Assembly: GCA_965233855.1 (NCBI GenBank)
Contig: OZ247586.1
Span: 788,835 to 852,834, forward strand
Reading direction: 5' to 3'
DNA length: 64,000 nt
Source of the DNA: Rickettsiaceae bacterium
GTDB taxonomy: Bacteria > Pseudomonadota > Alphaproteobacteria > Rickettsiales > Rickettsiaceae
In this document: piece by piece, positions 1-9,546 of the stretch
How positions within the stretch are numbered: the stretch's first letter is position 1
Layout: the number at the start of each line of letters is the position of its first letter
Notes under the pieces: model-generated
What the model saw: only the letters and a program-made list of their open reading frames with translations
Told to the model about the DNA's origin: nothing
Databases searched by the model: none
Translations under genes and position numbers: made by a program

Positions 1-305
1 GATTAGAAATTGCAAGAGCTTTAGCTTCCGAGCCTAAATTTATTCTACTTGATGAACCACTTGCTGGCATAGACCCTATTGCTGTACGAGATATTAAAGA
101 ATTAGTATCTCACCTTAAAGAAAGAAATATTGGGGTATTAATCACCGATCATAACGTTAGAGATACTCTAGATATTGTTGATAGAGCTTATATTATTTAT
201 GACGGCAAAGTTCTTATGGAAGGAAAACCTTCGGATATAATTGGAAGTTCTGAAGTGAGAGAAGTCTATTTAGGTCAAACATTCCAAAAAACTGAATTAA
301 TATAA
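1..305 (+). CDS. lptB: LPS export ABC transporter ATP-binding protein LptB, C-terminal part (5' end outside the window)
   Basis: Frame 3 reads [56 protein letters not shown]...[11 protein letters not shown]. This covers Walker B (LLDEP) and the H-loop (ITDHN) in an LptB-like context. Stop TAA at 303-305. Confidence 0.85.
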   Translation, partial: LEIARALASEPKFILLDEPLAGIDPIAVRDIKELVSHLKERNIGVLITDHNVRDTLDIVDRAYIIYDGKVLMEGKPSDIIGSSEVREVYLGQTFQKTELI

Positions 306-310
306 CTTGC

Positions 311-853
311 ATGAGCACAAACAAGTCAAATAAAGATATTGCTCTTTCAATTGCAGCCCTCTTTTTAAGTATGCTACTTCTAAGCTTTGCTTCAGTTCCA
401 ATTTACAATTTATTTTGTAAGGTCACTGGCTTTGGCGGCACAACTCAAAGAGCAAAAGCTTTCATTAAAGTAGATAAAGGTACAAGAAAAATAAAAGTTG
501 AATTTGATGCAAATGTTGATAAAAAACTACCTTGGAGATTCATTCCAAAACATAGAAGTACAAATGTCATTACAGGAGAAAACGCTTTAATTTTTTATGA
601 ATCGGAAAATGTAAGTGACCGAGATATCATTGGAACTTCCGTTTATAACGTCACTCCTCTCAAAGCTGGAAAATATTTCGTTAAAATACATTGTTTCTGT
701 TTTGAAGAACAGTTGCTAAAAGCTGGACAAAAAGTTCTTATGCCAGTTTCTTTCTTTATTGACCCTGAAATAGAAAATGACCCTGAGATGGACGATGTTG
801 ACAGAATTACCCTATCCTATAGCTTCTTTATGGTCAGAGACGTTAGTGACTAG
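311..853 (+). CDS. ctaG: Cytochrome c oxidase assembly protein CtaG/Cox11
   Basis: N-terminal TM segment, [12 protein letters not shown] block and the CFCF copper motif (HCFCFEEQ). Sits directly upstream of coxC. Confidence 0.9.
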   Translation: MSTNKSNKDIALSIAALFLSMLLLSFASVPIYNLFCKVTGFGGTTQRAKAFIKVDKGTRKIKVEFDANVDKKLPWRFIPKHRSTNVITGENALIFYESENVSDRDIIGTSVYNVTPLKAGKYFVKIHCFCFEEQLLKAGQKVLMPVSFFIDPEIENDPEMDDVDRITLSYSFFMVRDVSD

Positions 854-895
854 ACAATTTAAGAATTTTTAGCATATAATAATAACTATTATTAA

Positions 896-1732
896 ATGAA
901 CGGTAGTAAAAGAATGTCATCAAAACAAGAGCATCCTTATCATCTAGTAGATATGAGCCAATGGCCAATCTTCACTTCTTTTTCACTATTAGCGCTAGCT
1001 ATAGGCGCAGTAATGACTATGCATGAAAATCCAGGTGGTAGTATTATAGCAATTTCAGGACTCCTTGCAGTCATTTATTGTTCATGGAACTGGTGGAAGG
1101 ATATTGTAAATGAAGGTTTAGTCGGCAAACACCATTCAGAACCAGTTAGAAATGGACTTAGAATTGGCATGTCACTATTTATTCTATCAGAAGTAATGTT
1201 TTTCTTTGCATTCTTCTTTTCGTATTTCTCAGCCAGCCTATTCCCTACTGGAATTCTTGACGGTTTTTGGGTAATAGCTGATGGCACTTGGCCACCGGAA
1301 GGAATTAAGACTTTTGATCCTTGGGATATCCCATTCATTAATACACTGATTCTACTATTATCTGGAACAACAGTAACTTGGGCACATCACTCAATTGAGC
1401 ATAATGATCAAAAAAGCTCTGTTACTGCATTAGGCATCACTGTTTTACTTGGTATTACATTTAGCATACTCCAAGCATATGAGTACCATCATGCCGCTTT
1501 CAAACTAACTGATGGAGTTTATGCAGCTAATTTCTATCTTGCAACTGGTTTTCACGGAATTCACGTGATTGTTGGGACTATATTCCTAACTGTTTGCTAT
1601 TTTCGGGCTAGAAAAGGACACTTCAAGGAAGGTAATGGACATTTAGGTTTTGAATTTGCTGCATGGTATTGGCATTTTGTTGACGTCGTGTGGTTATTCT
1701 TATTTGTTTTTGTTTACGTACTTGGAAGATAA
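896..1732 (+). CDS. coxC: Cytochrome c oxidase subunit III
   Basis: HPYHLVD N-terminal block, multi-TM profile, C-terminal FEFAAWYWHFVDVVWLFLF block. The true start may be the ATG at 911 (MSSKQEHPYH). Confidence 0.9.
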   Translation: MNGSKRMSSKQEHPYHLVDMSQWPIFTSFSLLALAIGAVMTMHENPGGSIIAISGLLAVIYCSWNWWKDIVNEGLVGKHHSEPVRNGLRIGMSLFILSEVMFFFAFFFSYFSASLFPTGILDGFWVIADGTWPPEGIKTFDPWDIPFINTLILLLSGTTVTWAHHSIEHNDQKSSVTALGITVLLGITFSILQAYEYHHAAFKLTDGVYAANFYLATGFHGIHVIVGTIFLTVCYFRARKGHFKEGNGHLGFEFAAWYWHFVDVVWLFLFVFVYVLGR

Positions 1733-1799
1733 TATCAAACTCTTGAGAGAGGACTCTCTACACAAAATGATATAATATTTTTTTGAGTAAGTTAGAAGG

Positions 1800-1920
1800 T
1801 ATAGTTCCGCACGCAAGTAAGAAATCCAGGGAAGCTTATGTTTATTCTTTTGATAGTGGCGATACTTGAATACACCATTTATCCTATAATAGATTCACAC
1901 CTAACGCGTGAGTGACACTA
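1800..1920. repeat. Hairpin-ended palindromic repeat unit, diverged subfamily, copy 1 of a tandem pair
   Basis: Begins with the degenerate block gttccgcacgcaagtaagaaATCCAG (1804-1829). Ends with the hairpin AGATTCacacCTAACGcgtgAGTGAcac (1891-1918). Same layout as the 58647-58770 element. Confidence 0.55.
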
Positions 1921-1944
1921 AGGTTTTAAGTAATGTGTATGGCA

Positions 1945-2056
1945 TAATTACGATCGCAGCTAGAAATCCAAAATGTTTCAAGACACTCTTAGTTAATAGG
2001 CAAAACTTCCACCTATCTCTCCGCATAGATTCCCGCCTAACGTGGGAGTGATACAG
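1945..2056. repeat. Hairpin-ended palindromic repeat unit, diverged subfamily, copy 2 of a tandem pair
   Basis: gctagaaATCCAaaATGTTT matches copy 1 (gaaATCCAgg..ATGTTT). The terminal hairpin AGATTCccgcCTAACGtgggAGTGAtac (2027-2054) is nearly identical to 1891-1918. Confidence 0.55.
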
Positions 2057-2114
2057 TTTTTTTGATATAAATATAGATTATTATTTACCCAGGCATAGAA
2101 TACAAGGCAAAAAA

Positions 2115-2855
2115 CTAAACACCCAGCTCAACTAGCTTATTCTTTTCACTGTTAATACTCTCTTGAATATAAGCAGTTAAATCCCTTACATCTAAAGACT
2201 CAACCTTCTCTACAGAGATATATTCAATAATTTTTACTGTAATCGTACCAGATTGCTTAAACCAAAATCCTTTTGGCCAAACAAGACCAGCATTGTGCGC
2301 AATAAGTACTATAGGAACTCTCGTATTTTTAGCAAGCTTAGCCGCGCTTGCCTTAAATTTAACGCTCTTATTCACTTTAACTCTAGTCGCCTCTGGAAAC
2401 ATAACAAGGGATAGTCCAGCATCAATTTTTTTTGCCCCTTCCCTAAGAATTTGAGCAACAGATCTACTATTATTTCTATCTACTGCGATTGGTTGTACAG
2501 TCTTAATACCCCAACCTAAAACTGGTATAGCCTCAAGCTCTCTTTTTATTACCCAAGAATGCTTAGGTATAATAAGTTGCATAAAAAAGTTTTCCCAAAA
2601 AGATTGATGATTTGCAAGAGCTAAATATGGCTTACCATCTTTAGGTAATTTTTCTTCACCCTCAACTTTGTATTTGATTCCGCAGATAACCCAAATCAAA
2701 TATATAAAAATATAGGAAAATACTTCTGATACTTTATATCTAAATGCATATGGTGCTCTTAATAATTGCATTGGAATACAAAACAAAACAAAAAAAGATA
2801 CCATAAAAATGCTTATTATTGTATAAAAGGCAAGTGTTCTTGAACGCCAAAACAT
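2115..2855 (-). CDS. plsC: 1-acyl-sn-glycerol-3-phosphate acyltransferase
   Basis: N-terminal TM segment, NHQSFWE block (the HX4D-block position) and FPEATR block, as in LPLAT/PlsC acyltransferases. Confidence 0.8.
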   Translation of the reverse strand: MFWRSRTLAFYTIISIFMVSFFVLFCIPMQLLRAPYAFRYKVSEVFSYIFIYLIWVICGIKYKVEGEEKLPKDGKPYLALANHQSFWENFFMQLIIPKHSWVIKRELEAIPVLGWGIKTVQPIAVDRNNSRSVAQILREGAKKIDAGLSLVMFPEATRVKVNKSVKFKASAAKLAKNTRVPIVLIAHNAGLVWPKGFWFKQSGTITVKIIEYISVEKVESLDVRDLTAYIQESINSEKNKLVELGV

Positions 2856-2977
2856 AATTTATGTATAATCAAACCATTAAAAGAAGAACTATATAGTATT
2901 TTTTTATTTCTTAAAACCATTATCGTAGATAAGTTTGCATTATATAAATATAATCTGAGCATAAGCTTGAGGAAAGA

Positions 2978-3967
2978 ATGAAAAAAACTGCATTATCTGG
3001 AATTCAAACAACTGGCTGTCTTCACCTTGGAAACTATCTAGGATCTATTCAAAACTGGATTGAAATGCAAGATGATTATAATTGTTATTTTTTTCTAGCT
3101 AATCTTCATTCAATCACCATTGAAAGAGATCCAAATGAATTACGCGCTGCAACTCTTAGTGCAGCTGCTACATACTTAGCATCTGGTGTCAATCCAAAAA
3201 AATCTGTGATTTTTGTTCAATCTGATGTAAAGGAGCATACAGAACTTGCATGGATGCTAAATTGCATTACTCCTATTGGTTGGCTAAAACGCATGACTCA
3301 ATTCAAGGATAAAGCTGGTAAAAAGCAAGATAATGCAAATACTGGATTATTTACTTACCCTATTTTAATGGCAGCAGATATCTTACTTTATAACGCAGAT
3401 GTCGTTCCGGTTGGTGATGATCAGAAGCAGCATCTAGAACTAGCTCGAGATATAGCTGGAGCTGTAAATAGAAAATTTAACAAAGAGCTTCTTAAATCAC
3501 CTGAACCTCTAATTCAAGGAGCAGCTACTCGTGTTATGAGTCTTCGAGATGGAACAAAAAAAATGAGCAAATCAGATGACAGCGACGCCTCTAGAATCAA
3601 TTTAACAGATTCACCTGATCTTATTATAAAAAAACTTAAAAAATCAAAAACTGATAGTATTGCTGAAATTTCCTATGATCAAAAAGTTAGACCTGAAGTA
3701 GCAAATTTAATTAATATATATTCTGAGCTAACAAAAAATTCGAAACAAAAAATAATCAGCCAATATGATGGAAGTGGATTTGCTAAATTTAAACTAGATC
3801 TTGCAGATATTATAATAGCAAAATTAACTCCTATTAATCTTGAATATCAAAAAATCATTAAAAATGAAGATTATATACAAAGTATTTTATCAGATGGAGC
3901 TGAAAAAGCCCGATTAACTGCAGAAAAAACATGTAAAACTATATCTAAAGCATTTGGATTATTATAG
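2978..3967 (+). CDS. trpS: Tryptophan--tRNA ligase
   Basis: Class I signatures: GIQTTGCLHLGNYLG (HIGH-type) and KMSKS. Length 329 aa. Confidence 0.93.
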   Translation: MKKTALSGIQTTGCLHLGNYLGSIQNWIEMQDDYNCYFFLANLHSITIERDPNELRAATLSAAATYLASGVNPKKSVIFVQSDVKEHTELAWMLNCITPIGWLKRMTQFKDKAGKKQDNANTGLFTYPILMAADILLYNADVVPVGDDQKQHLELARDIAGAVNRKFNKELLKSPEPLIQGAATRVMSLRDGTKKMSKSDDSDASRINLTDSPDLIIKKLKKSKTDSIAEISYDQKVRPEVANLINIYSELTKNSKQKIISQYDGSGFAKFKLDLADIIIAKLTPINLEYQKIIKNEDYIQSILSDGAEKARLTAEKTCKTISKAFGLL

Positions 3968-3978
3968 TTAAAATAAAA

Positions 3979-4011
3979 AATCACTCTAAATCTAAGAGAT
4001 AAAGAGTGATT
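3979..4011. terminator. Bidirectional intrinsic-terminator-like hairpin between trpS and the 96-aa gene
   Basis: Perfect 9-bp arms aatcactct (3979-3987) and agagtgatt (4003-4011). On the minus strand the hairpin is followed by TTTTTTATTTT; on the plus strand by gcatatttt. Confidence 0.55.
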
Positions 4012-4044
4012 GCATATTTTAATTAAAATACTTTAAAACTATAT

Positions 4045-4335
4045 CTAAAATCCAGCATCAAATCCAAAATCAAACCCATTACTTAGACCTGATATCAAAC
4101 CACCCATATCCTCTCCAACAAAATTAGAAAGCAGTTTTGGGTTCAATATGAAAGCTGAGCTTTCTATTCCATCATCGAAAGTTCCTAGCGGTAATAATTT
4201 CATTAAATCCACTACTTCCTGATCATGCGAATCTACTTTAGATTTAGTATGGTGCTTATGATGGTGATGTCCTAACTTAGCATCAGTCGCTTTTTTTAGT
4301 TTATCACCAGTTGCTCTTTGTAATTTAACAGCCAT
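4045..4335 (-). CDS. Hypothetical small protein with a His-rich N-terminal half and a Gly/Phe/Asp-rich C-terminus
   Basis: 96-aa ORF preceded by a strong SD (aaaggaaaggaggttatc-ATG). Contains GHHHHKHH and ends GLSNGFDFGFDAGF. A terminator hairpin lies downstream. Confidence 0.6.
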   Translation of the reverse strand: MAVKLQRATGDKLKKATDAKLGHHHHKHHTKSKVDSHDQEVVDLMKLLPLGTFDDGIESSAFILNPKLLSNFVGEDMGGLISGLSNGFDFGFDAGF

Positions 4336-4466
4336 GATAACCTCCTTTCCTTTAGTTTACGAAACGGAAAAATGCCCGCCTCAATTTAAAATTAACATTC
4401 TTATTCTTAACAAAAGATTAATTAAATTAATTTTTTCTAAAATAGAGAAATAAAAAGAACGCAAAA

Positions 4467-4805
4467 TTACGTATACATAGGAGGAATAAACTCAAAATCT
4501 TCAAGGGATTCATAGACAAACACTAACAGAAAAACACTAAAAATTGCCAGCAATATACTTAAAAAGATCTGCCTAAATTTTTTAAAGAAATAAGAAACTA
4601 CTACAAGAATTAAGATCAAAAATAAAGTGTAATACCCACCTGAATACAAAGTTTGAAATACTATATTATCAACAAAATAAGATATCACCCTTCTATTTCT
4701 CACTTCAGCTAACACTGAAAATGCAGGCAATAAAAACAATGAAAAAATTGAAAAACTTCTAAATACTCTAAAAAGATTCATCAGTCTAAATCCCCTCTCG
4801 TTCAA
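4467..4805 (-). CDS. Hypothetical membrane protein
   Basis: 112-aa ORF with about 3 hydrophobic segments, overlapping the sdhB stop by 20 nt. An alternative start MNLFRVF lies a few codons in. No recognisable motif. Confidence 0.4.
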   Translation of the reverse strand: MNERGFRLMNLFRVFRSFSIFSLFLLPAFSVLAEVRNRRVISYFVDNIVFQTLYSGGYYTLFLILILVVVSYFFKKFRQIFLSILLAIFSVFLLVFVYESLEDFEFIPPMYT

Positions 4806-5571
4806 CCATTTTTTTCTTAATTTCTGCTATTGCTTCAGCAGGATTTAAACCTTTCGGACAAGTTTTTGTACAATTCATAATTGTATGACAACGATATAGT
4901 TTAAATGGATCCTCAAGATCATGCAAACGCTCACCATCAGCCTCATCACGCGAATCTGCAAGCCATCTATATGCTTGAAGCAAAATAGCTGGTCCTAAAT
5001 ATTTTTCACCATTCCACCAATAGCTTGGACATGAAGTTGAGCAACAAGCACAGAGAATACATTCATATAGACCATTTAACTTTTCACGATCTTCTTCAGA
5101 CTGCAATCTTTCTTTTCCTTTTGATATAGGAGTATCAGTCTTGAGCCATGGTTCAATAGAAGCATATTGAGCATAAAAATGATTCATATCTGGAATCAAA
5201 TCCTTTACAACCTCCATATGTGGCAAAGGATAGATCTTAATATCACCTGATATTTCTTCTATAGGCTTTGTGCAAGCAAGCGTATTCGTACCATCAATAT
5301 TCATCGAACAACTTCCGCATATTCCCTCGCGGCATGAGCGTCTAAAAGTAAGAGAAGAATCTAATTCATTCTTAATTTTGATCAAAGCATCAAGAACCAT
5401 TGGGCCACATTTCGCCAGGTCAATTTCATAAGTATCAACTCTCGGATTCTCACCAGAGTCTGGGTCATATCTATATATTCTCAACTTTCTTGGAGAATCT
5501 GCAGATTCTAATCCAACATGCACTTTTCCTTCAAGAACTCTTGAATTTGGTGGTAGTCTTAGCTCAGCCAT
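4786..5571 (-). CDS. sdhB: Succinate dehydrogenase iron-sulfur subunit
   Basis: CREGICGSC (2Fe-2S) and [12 protein letters not shown] / [12 protein letters not shown] cluster motifs. Confidence 0.95.
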   Translation of the reverse strand: MAELRLPPNSRVLEGKVHVGLESADSPRKLRIYRYDPDSGENPRVDTYEIDLAKCGPMVLDALIKIKNELDSSLTFRRSCREGICGSCSMNIDGTNTLACTKPIEEISGDIKIYPLPHMEVVKDLIPDMNHFYAQYASIEPWLKTDTPISKGKERLQSEEDREKLNGLYECILCACCSTSCPSYWWNGEKYLGPAILLQAYRWLADSRDEADGERLHDLEDPFKLYRCHTIMNCTKTCPKGLNPAEAIAEIKKKMVEREGI

Positions 5572-5586
5572 ATTATCCTCACAAAT

Positions 5587-7374
5587 CTAGTATACTCTTT
5601 TAACAGGTGGAACGCTTTCCACCTCGTCAGAATTAGTTTCTAATGTCACAGGCTTATAATCAATCTTTACTTTTCCAGACTCATCAAGCCAAATCATTGT
5701 ATGCTTCATCCACTCTTTATCATCTCTATCAGGGAAGTCTTCTCTAGCATGCGCACCACGACTTTCCTTACGATTCTCAGCCGCATGCATAGTCAAGACA
5801 GCTTGATCTAGTAAATTTGCCAACTCCAGCGCTTCTACAAAATCACTATTCCATATTAATGATCGATCATTCACTTTAATATTCGTATATTCAGCTCTAA
5901 TTTGATCAATAAGTTCTTTCCCTTCTTTCAATGTTTCATCAGTCCTAAACACTGCAGCATGATTTTGCATAGCTTTTTGCATTTTTAAACGCAAATCTGC
6001 TACAGAGATTTTACCATCAGAATTACGAACTTTTTCAAAACGATCAAATAATGGAATCAATGTATCATCTTTTAATTTCTTATGAGATAATCCTGGTTTT
6101 ACAATTTCAGCTGCTCTATGCGCAGCAGCTCTACCAAATACTACAAGATCAAGTAATGAATTTGATCCCAATCTATTTGCACCGTGAACCGACACACAAC
6201 CAGCTTCACCAATCGCCATAAGACCAGGAACAACTTGCTCTTTACCATCTTTTAAAGTAACAACTTCAGTATTCACATTAGTTGGTATTCCGCCCATATT
6301 ATAGTGAACAGTTGGTAACACAGGAATTGGTTCTTTAGTTACATCAACACCTGCAAAAATCTTAGCGGTCTCAGAAATACCAGGAAGTCTTTTATCCAAA
6401 ACTTCAGGAGGCAAATGATTTAAATGCAAATATACGTGATCTTTATGCTCACCAACTCCTCTACCTTCTCGAATTTCCATAGTCATAGAACGCGAGACAA
6501 CATCACGAGAAGCTAAATCCTTTGCAGATGGCGCATATCTTTCCATAAACCTCTCTCCTTCGGAGTTTACCAAATAACCTCCTTCACCACGAGAACCTTC
6601 TGTAATCAAGCAACCTGCACCATAAATTCCTGTTGGATGGAACTGAACAAATTCCATATCCTGCATCGCTAATCCAGCTCTGACGCACATTCCTCCACCA
6701 TCTCCAGTACATGTATGAGCAGATGTCGCAGAGAAATATGCGCGACCATAACCACCAGTGGCAAGAACGACCATATGTCCTCTAAACGCATGTAAAGTTC
6801 CATCATCGAGATTCCATGCAAGAACACCTTTGCACTCACTATCTTCCATTATTAAGTCAGTAGCAAAATATTCTATAAAAAATTGAGCTTGATGCTTTAA
6901 TGCTTGCTGATACAAAGTATGTAATATTGCATGACCAGTCCTATCAGCCGCCGCACAAGTTCTTTGCGCTGCTTTACCTTTACCATATTCAGTAGTCATT
7001 CCGCCAAATGGACGTTGATAAATCTTACCATCTTTATTCCTAGAAAATGGCACGCCATAATGCTCAAGTTCTATGATACTCTCTGGAGCATTCTTACACA
7101 TATACGCAATAGCGTCTTGATCGCCGAGCCAATCTGATCCCTTAACAGTATCGTACATGTGCCAGCGCCAATCATCTTCACCCATATTGCCAAGCGCAGC
7201 ACTAATTCCACCTTGCGCAGCCACAGTATGACTTCTTGTTGGAAATACTTTTGTTACGCACGCAGTGCTTAAACCAGCCTCAGCCATACCGAATGTTGCA
7301 CGAAGTCCAGCGCCACCAGCACCAACTACTACAACATCGAATTCATGATTAATTACGTTATAAGGTATAGTCAT
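5587..7374 (-). CDS. sdhA: Succinate dehydrogenase flavoprotein subunit
   Basis: [17 protein letters not shown] fold, [10 protein letters not shown] covalent-FAD His block. 595 aa. Confidence 0.96.
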   Translation of the reverse strand: MTIPYNVINHEFDVVVVGAGGAGLRATFGMAEAGLSTACVTKVFPTRSHTVAAQGGISAALGNMGEDDWRWHMYDTVKGSDWLGDQDAIAYMCKNAPESIIELEHYGVPFSRNKDGKIYQRPFGGMTTEYGKGKAAQRTCAAADRTGHAILHTLYQQALKHQAQFFIEYFATDLIMEDSECKGVLAWNLDDGTLHAFRGHMVVLATGGYGRAYFSATSAHTCTGDGGGMCVRAGLAMQDMEFVQFHPTGIYGAGCLITEGSRGEGGYLVNSEGERFMERYAPSAKDLASRDVVSRSMTMEIREGRGVGEHKDHVYLHLNHLPPEVLDKRLPGISETAKIFAGVDVTKEPIPVLPTVHYNMGGIPTNVNTEVVTLKDGKEQVVPGLMAIGEAGCVSVHGANRLGSNSLLDLVVFGRAAAHRAAEIVKPGLSHKKLKDDTLIPLFDRFEKVRNSDGKISVADLRLKMQKAMQNHAAVFRTDETLKEGKELIDQIRAEYTNIKVNDRSLIWNSDFVEALELANLLDQAVLTMHAAENRKESRGAHAREDFPDRDDKEWMKHTMIWLDESGKVKIDYKPVTLETNSDEVESVPPVKRVY

Positions 7375-7387
7375 AAAATAAAATCCA

Positions 7388-7771
7388 CTACAAAGTCATT
7401 ACATATAAAACAGCTACAATAAAAGCAAGAGCTGTCACTATTGAAAAAATCTGGGTTGCTAAAAGCATTACTAACCTCACTGCGCGGCAATGAATATAAT
7501 CTTCAATTACCACCTGCATACCAAGAGCTGCATGATAAAAACCAATCACAACAAATAGTGTAAGCATTACAATATGATATGGTTTCTTAAAAACTTCAAT
7601 GATCCCACTTAGTTCTGCAGCTGCAATTTCCCAAGAAAAGAAGAACACCCAACCAGTGATTAGTGTTAGCAAAATAGCTGTAAATCTTTGGTGCCACCAA
7701 TGAGATGCTCCAGAGCCAGATGAACCAAGATTCTTTGCTTTTGATAAATCTGATCTGTATTTACTTTTCAT
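7388..7771 (-). CDS. sdhD: Succinate dehydrogenase membrane anchor subunit
   Basis: 127 aa, 3 TM segments, [10 protein letters not shown] block. Position between sdhC and sdhA. Confidence 0.85.
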   Translation of the reverse strand: MKSKYRSDLSKAKNLGSSGSGASHWWHQRFTAILLTLITGWVFFFSWEIAAAELSGIIEVFKKPYHIVMLTLFVVIGFYHAALGMQVVIEDYIHCRAVRLVMLLATQIFSIVTALAFIVAVLYVMTL

Positions 7772-7781
7772 ATAAATAACC

Positions 7782-8165
7782 TCACATGCACATCCAGAAA
7801 ATTACTGTTAAAATTATAGAAAGAATAATTGCTCCCCAACCGCTAGCATTAATAGCCGAAATTGAAAACCATCTTCCAGTATCCCAAACTAAATGACGAA
7901 CGCCCGTTGATACATGATAGAAAAAAGCATAGCTTGCAATTATCAAAATAATTTTTACAATTGAATTATCAAATATTTCAAGATAGCACGGTTCGAATTT
8001 ACTAAACACCCAAAGAGTGAACCACCAACAAAATGCTGCTAGCACAAAAAATAAACCAACTCCACTTAATCTATGACCAATAGATAGCATAGAGCTAATC
8101 TGTGGTTTATATATACTCAAATGTGGAGATATAGGCCTAGACTTACTACTTTTATCCTGAGACAT
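7782..8165 (-). CDS. sdhC: Succinate dehydrogenase cytochrome b556 subunit
   Basis: RPISPHLSIYKPQISSMLSIGHRLSG block, 3 TM segments. First gene of the sdhCDAB order. Confidence 0.88.
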   Translation of the reverse strand: MSQDKSSKSRPISPHLSIYKPQISSMLSIGHRLSGVGLFFVLAAFCWWFTLWVFSKFEPCYLEIFDNSIVKIILIIASYAFFYHVSTGVRHLVWDTGRWFSISAINASGWGAIILSIILTVIFWMCM

Positions 8166-8319
8166 AAAATTATTTTATCCTACAAGTTACATATCTAGTT
8201 GATTTTATAAGTTTTAATAGAATTTTACAAGGCTAGATGCCGAAGATACTGCAAAAAAAGTGAATATATTGCTAATCAAGAAAAAACTTGTAGTAAATAC
8301 ACAAAAACAAGATGATTAA

Positions 8320-8636
8320 TTAAATAATATATGCATCATCATCTATAATATTTAGTTCAACATCACCACTACATTCTACATCTGATTCATCTGGACAAGT
8401 TCCGAAATAATCTGATAGAAATTCTAATGAACGTTCTAAAACCTCAGTGCCATTTGATTTTAAAACAGAATTATTACATTGTCAGGAATACTATATGGCT
8501 CTATAAGTTTGTACTTATAACTTTGACCTTCGCTTATTTCTTATTTATATCTAAAAAGGACCCCTTTAAAAAACCTGTCTTTAGGTTCTTCATAATAATA
8601 CTTCACCCGTTCTAGTTCGAACCTTTCTCCTTTCAT
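8320..8636 (-). pseudogene. Disrupted member of a small tandem paralog family (in-frame TAA plus a frameshift)
   Basis: Minus-strand reading gives MKGERFELERVKYYYEEPKDRFFKGVLFRYK*EISEGQSYKYKLIEPYSIPDNVIILF. A frame change then gives KSNGTEVLERSLEFLSDYFGTCPDESDVECSGDVELNIIDDDAYII*. Shares Y.Y..PKD..F.K and [IV]P[DE].V[IV]I blocks with the neighbouring ORFs. Confidence 0.45.
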
Positions 8637-8785
8637 ACCAAAAACTCATTAAATTACAACCATGTAAATATATAGCAATATATTTGCAATATCAATAATT
8701 AGTATTAATAAATTGAGTTTAATGGTTATTCAGCTTCTATATATATTTAACTTTTTTAAGAATTATAGAATTTCGTGAAGCTTTA

Positions 8786-9034
8786 TCAATCACTCCCTAA
8801 AATATCCATATCACTATCAGATAAAATATTATTTTCTTCTAAGTTGTATAAGATTTCAAAATTCAAGTTAAAAAGGCCTTTAACCGGCTTAATCACAACA
8901 GCTTCTGGAACATCTAGTTTATCCAATAATTGATATCTCGTATTAGGCTCCATAAACCCCCTGCTTCTCTGTGATTTGAGATAATATTCGCCTGAATTTA
9001 TATTATACAAATAGGTTTTAACCACTTTTGACAT
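8786..9034 (-). CDS. Hypothetical small protein, the only intact member of the tandem paralog trio
   Basis: 82-aa ORF: VKTYLYNINSGEYYLKS...VPEAVVIKP... with an acidic tail SDSDMDILGSD. Resembles the broken ORFs on both sides. Confidence 0.5.
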   Translation of the reverse strand: MSKVVKTYLYNINSGEYYLKSQRSRGFMEPNTRYQLLDKLDVPEAVVIKPVKGLFNLNFEILYNLEENNILSDSDMDILGSD

Positions 9035-9163
9035 AAGAAAAAACTCGATTAATTACAAGGGCGCAGAATATAATGATACATTCACATAATCAAGAATTAA
9101 TTAAGTGATATAATATTACTATCTCAAATAGAAAGTGATACGAAAACCTATAATATTCCTGCA

Positions 9164-9406
9164 TTACTCAGCTTCACCTATAACAAAAACACTATCTACA
9201 ATACCACTATCTACTTCACAAATCACAACACATTCAGGAACCTTAACTATCTCTATAGATTTACCTGTCAGCAAATCTTTATCCCATATATGAACATAAC
9301 TTACTTTCCTCTCACAATTAGCGTCTGTAATCGTTGTTTTCTGAAAATATTGTTTATCTTTAGGATCAAAAACATAAATTATTGATCTTTACTGATGTTT
9401 TCCCAT
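9164..9406 (-). pseudogene. Small paralog with an in-frame TAA at codon 6
   Basis: Reads atg gga aaa cat cag TAA, then RSIIYVFDPKDKQYFQKTTITDANCERKVSYVHIWDKDLLTGKSIEIVKVPECVVICEVDSGIVDSVFVIGEAE*. No canonical start follows the stop. Confidence 0.4.
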
Positions 9407-9546
9407 AATCTCACCTATATCAATACATCTTAGTTTAATAAATTATAATTTCTATACTAATCAACATAAATAAAAAAAGCCTAGAAGATTTAAATATTAT
9501 TCAAATCTTTTAGGCTGAAATTTTATCACAAAATAATCAAGAACTA

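Noticed and set aside
8427-8615. 62-aa plus-strand ORF
   Set aside because: It lies opposite the better-supported (though broken) minus-strand small paralog at 8320-8636. No SD and a hydrophobic junk-like sequence.
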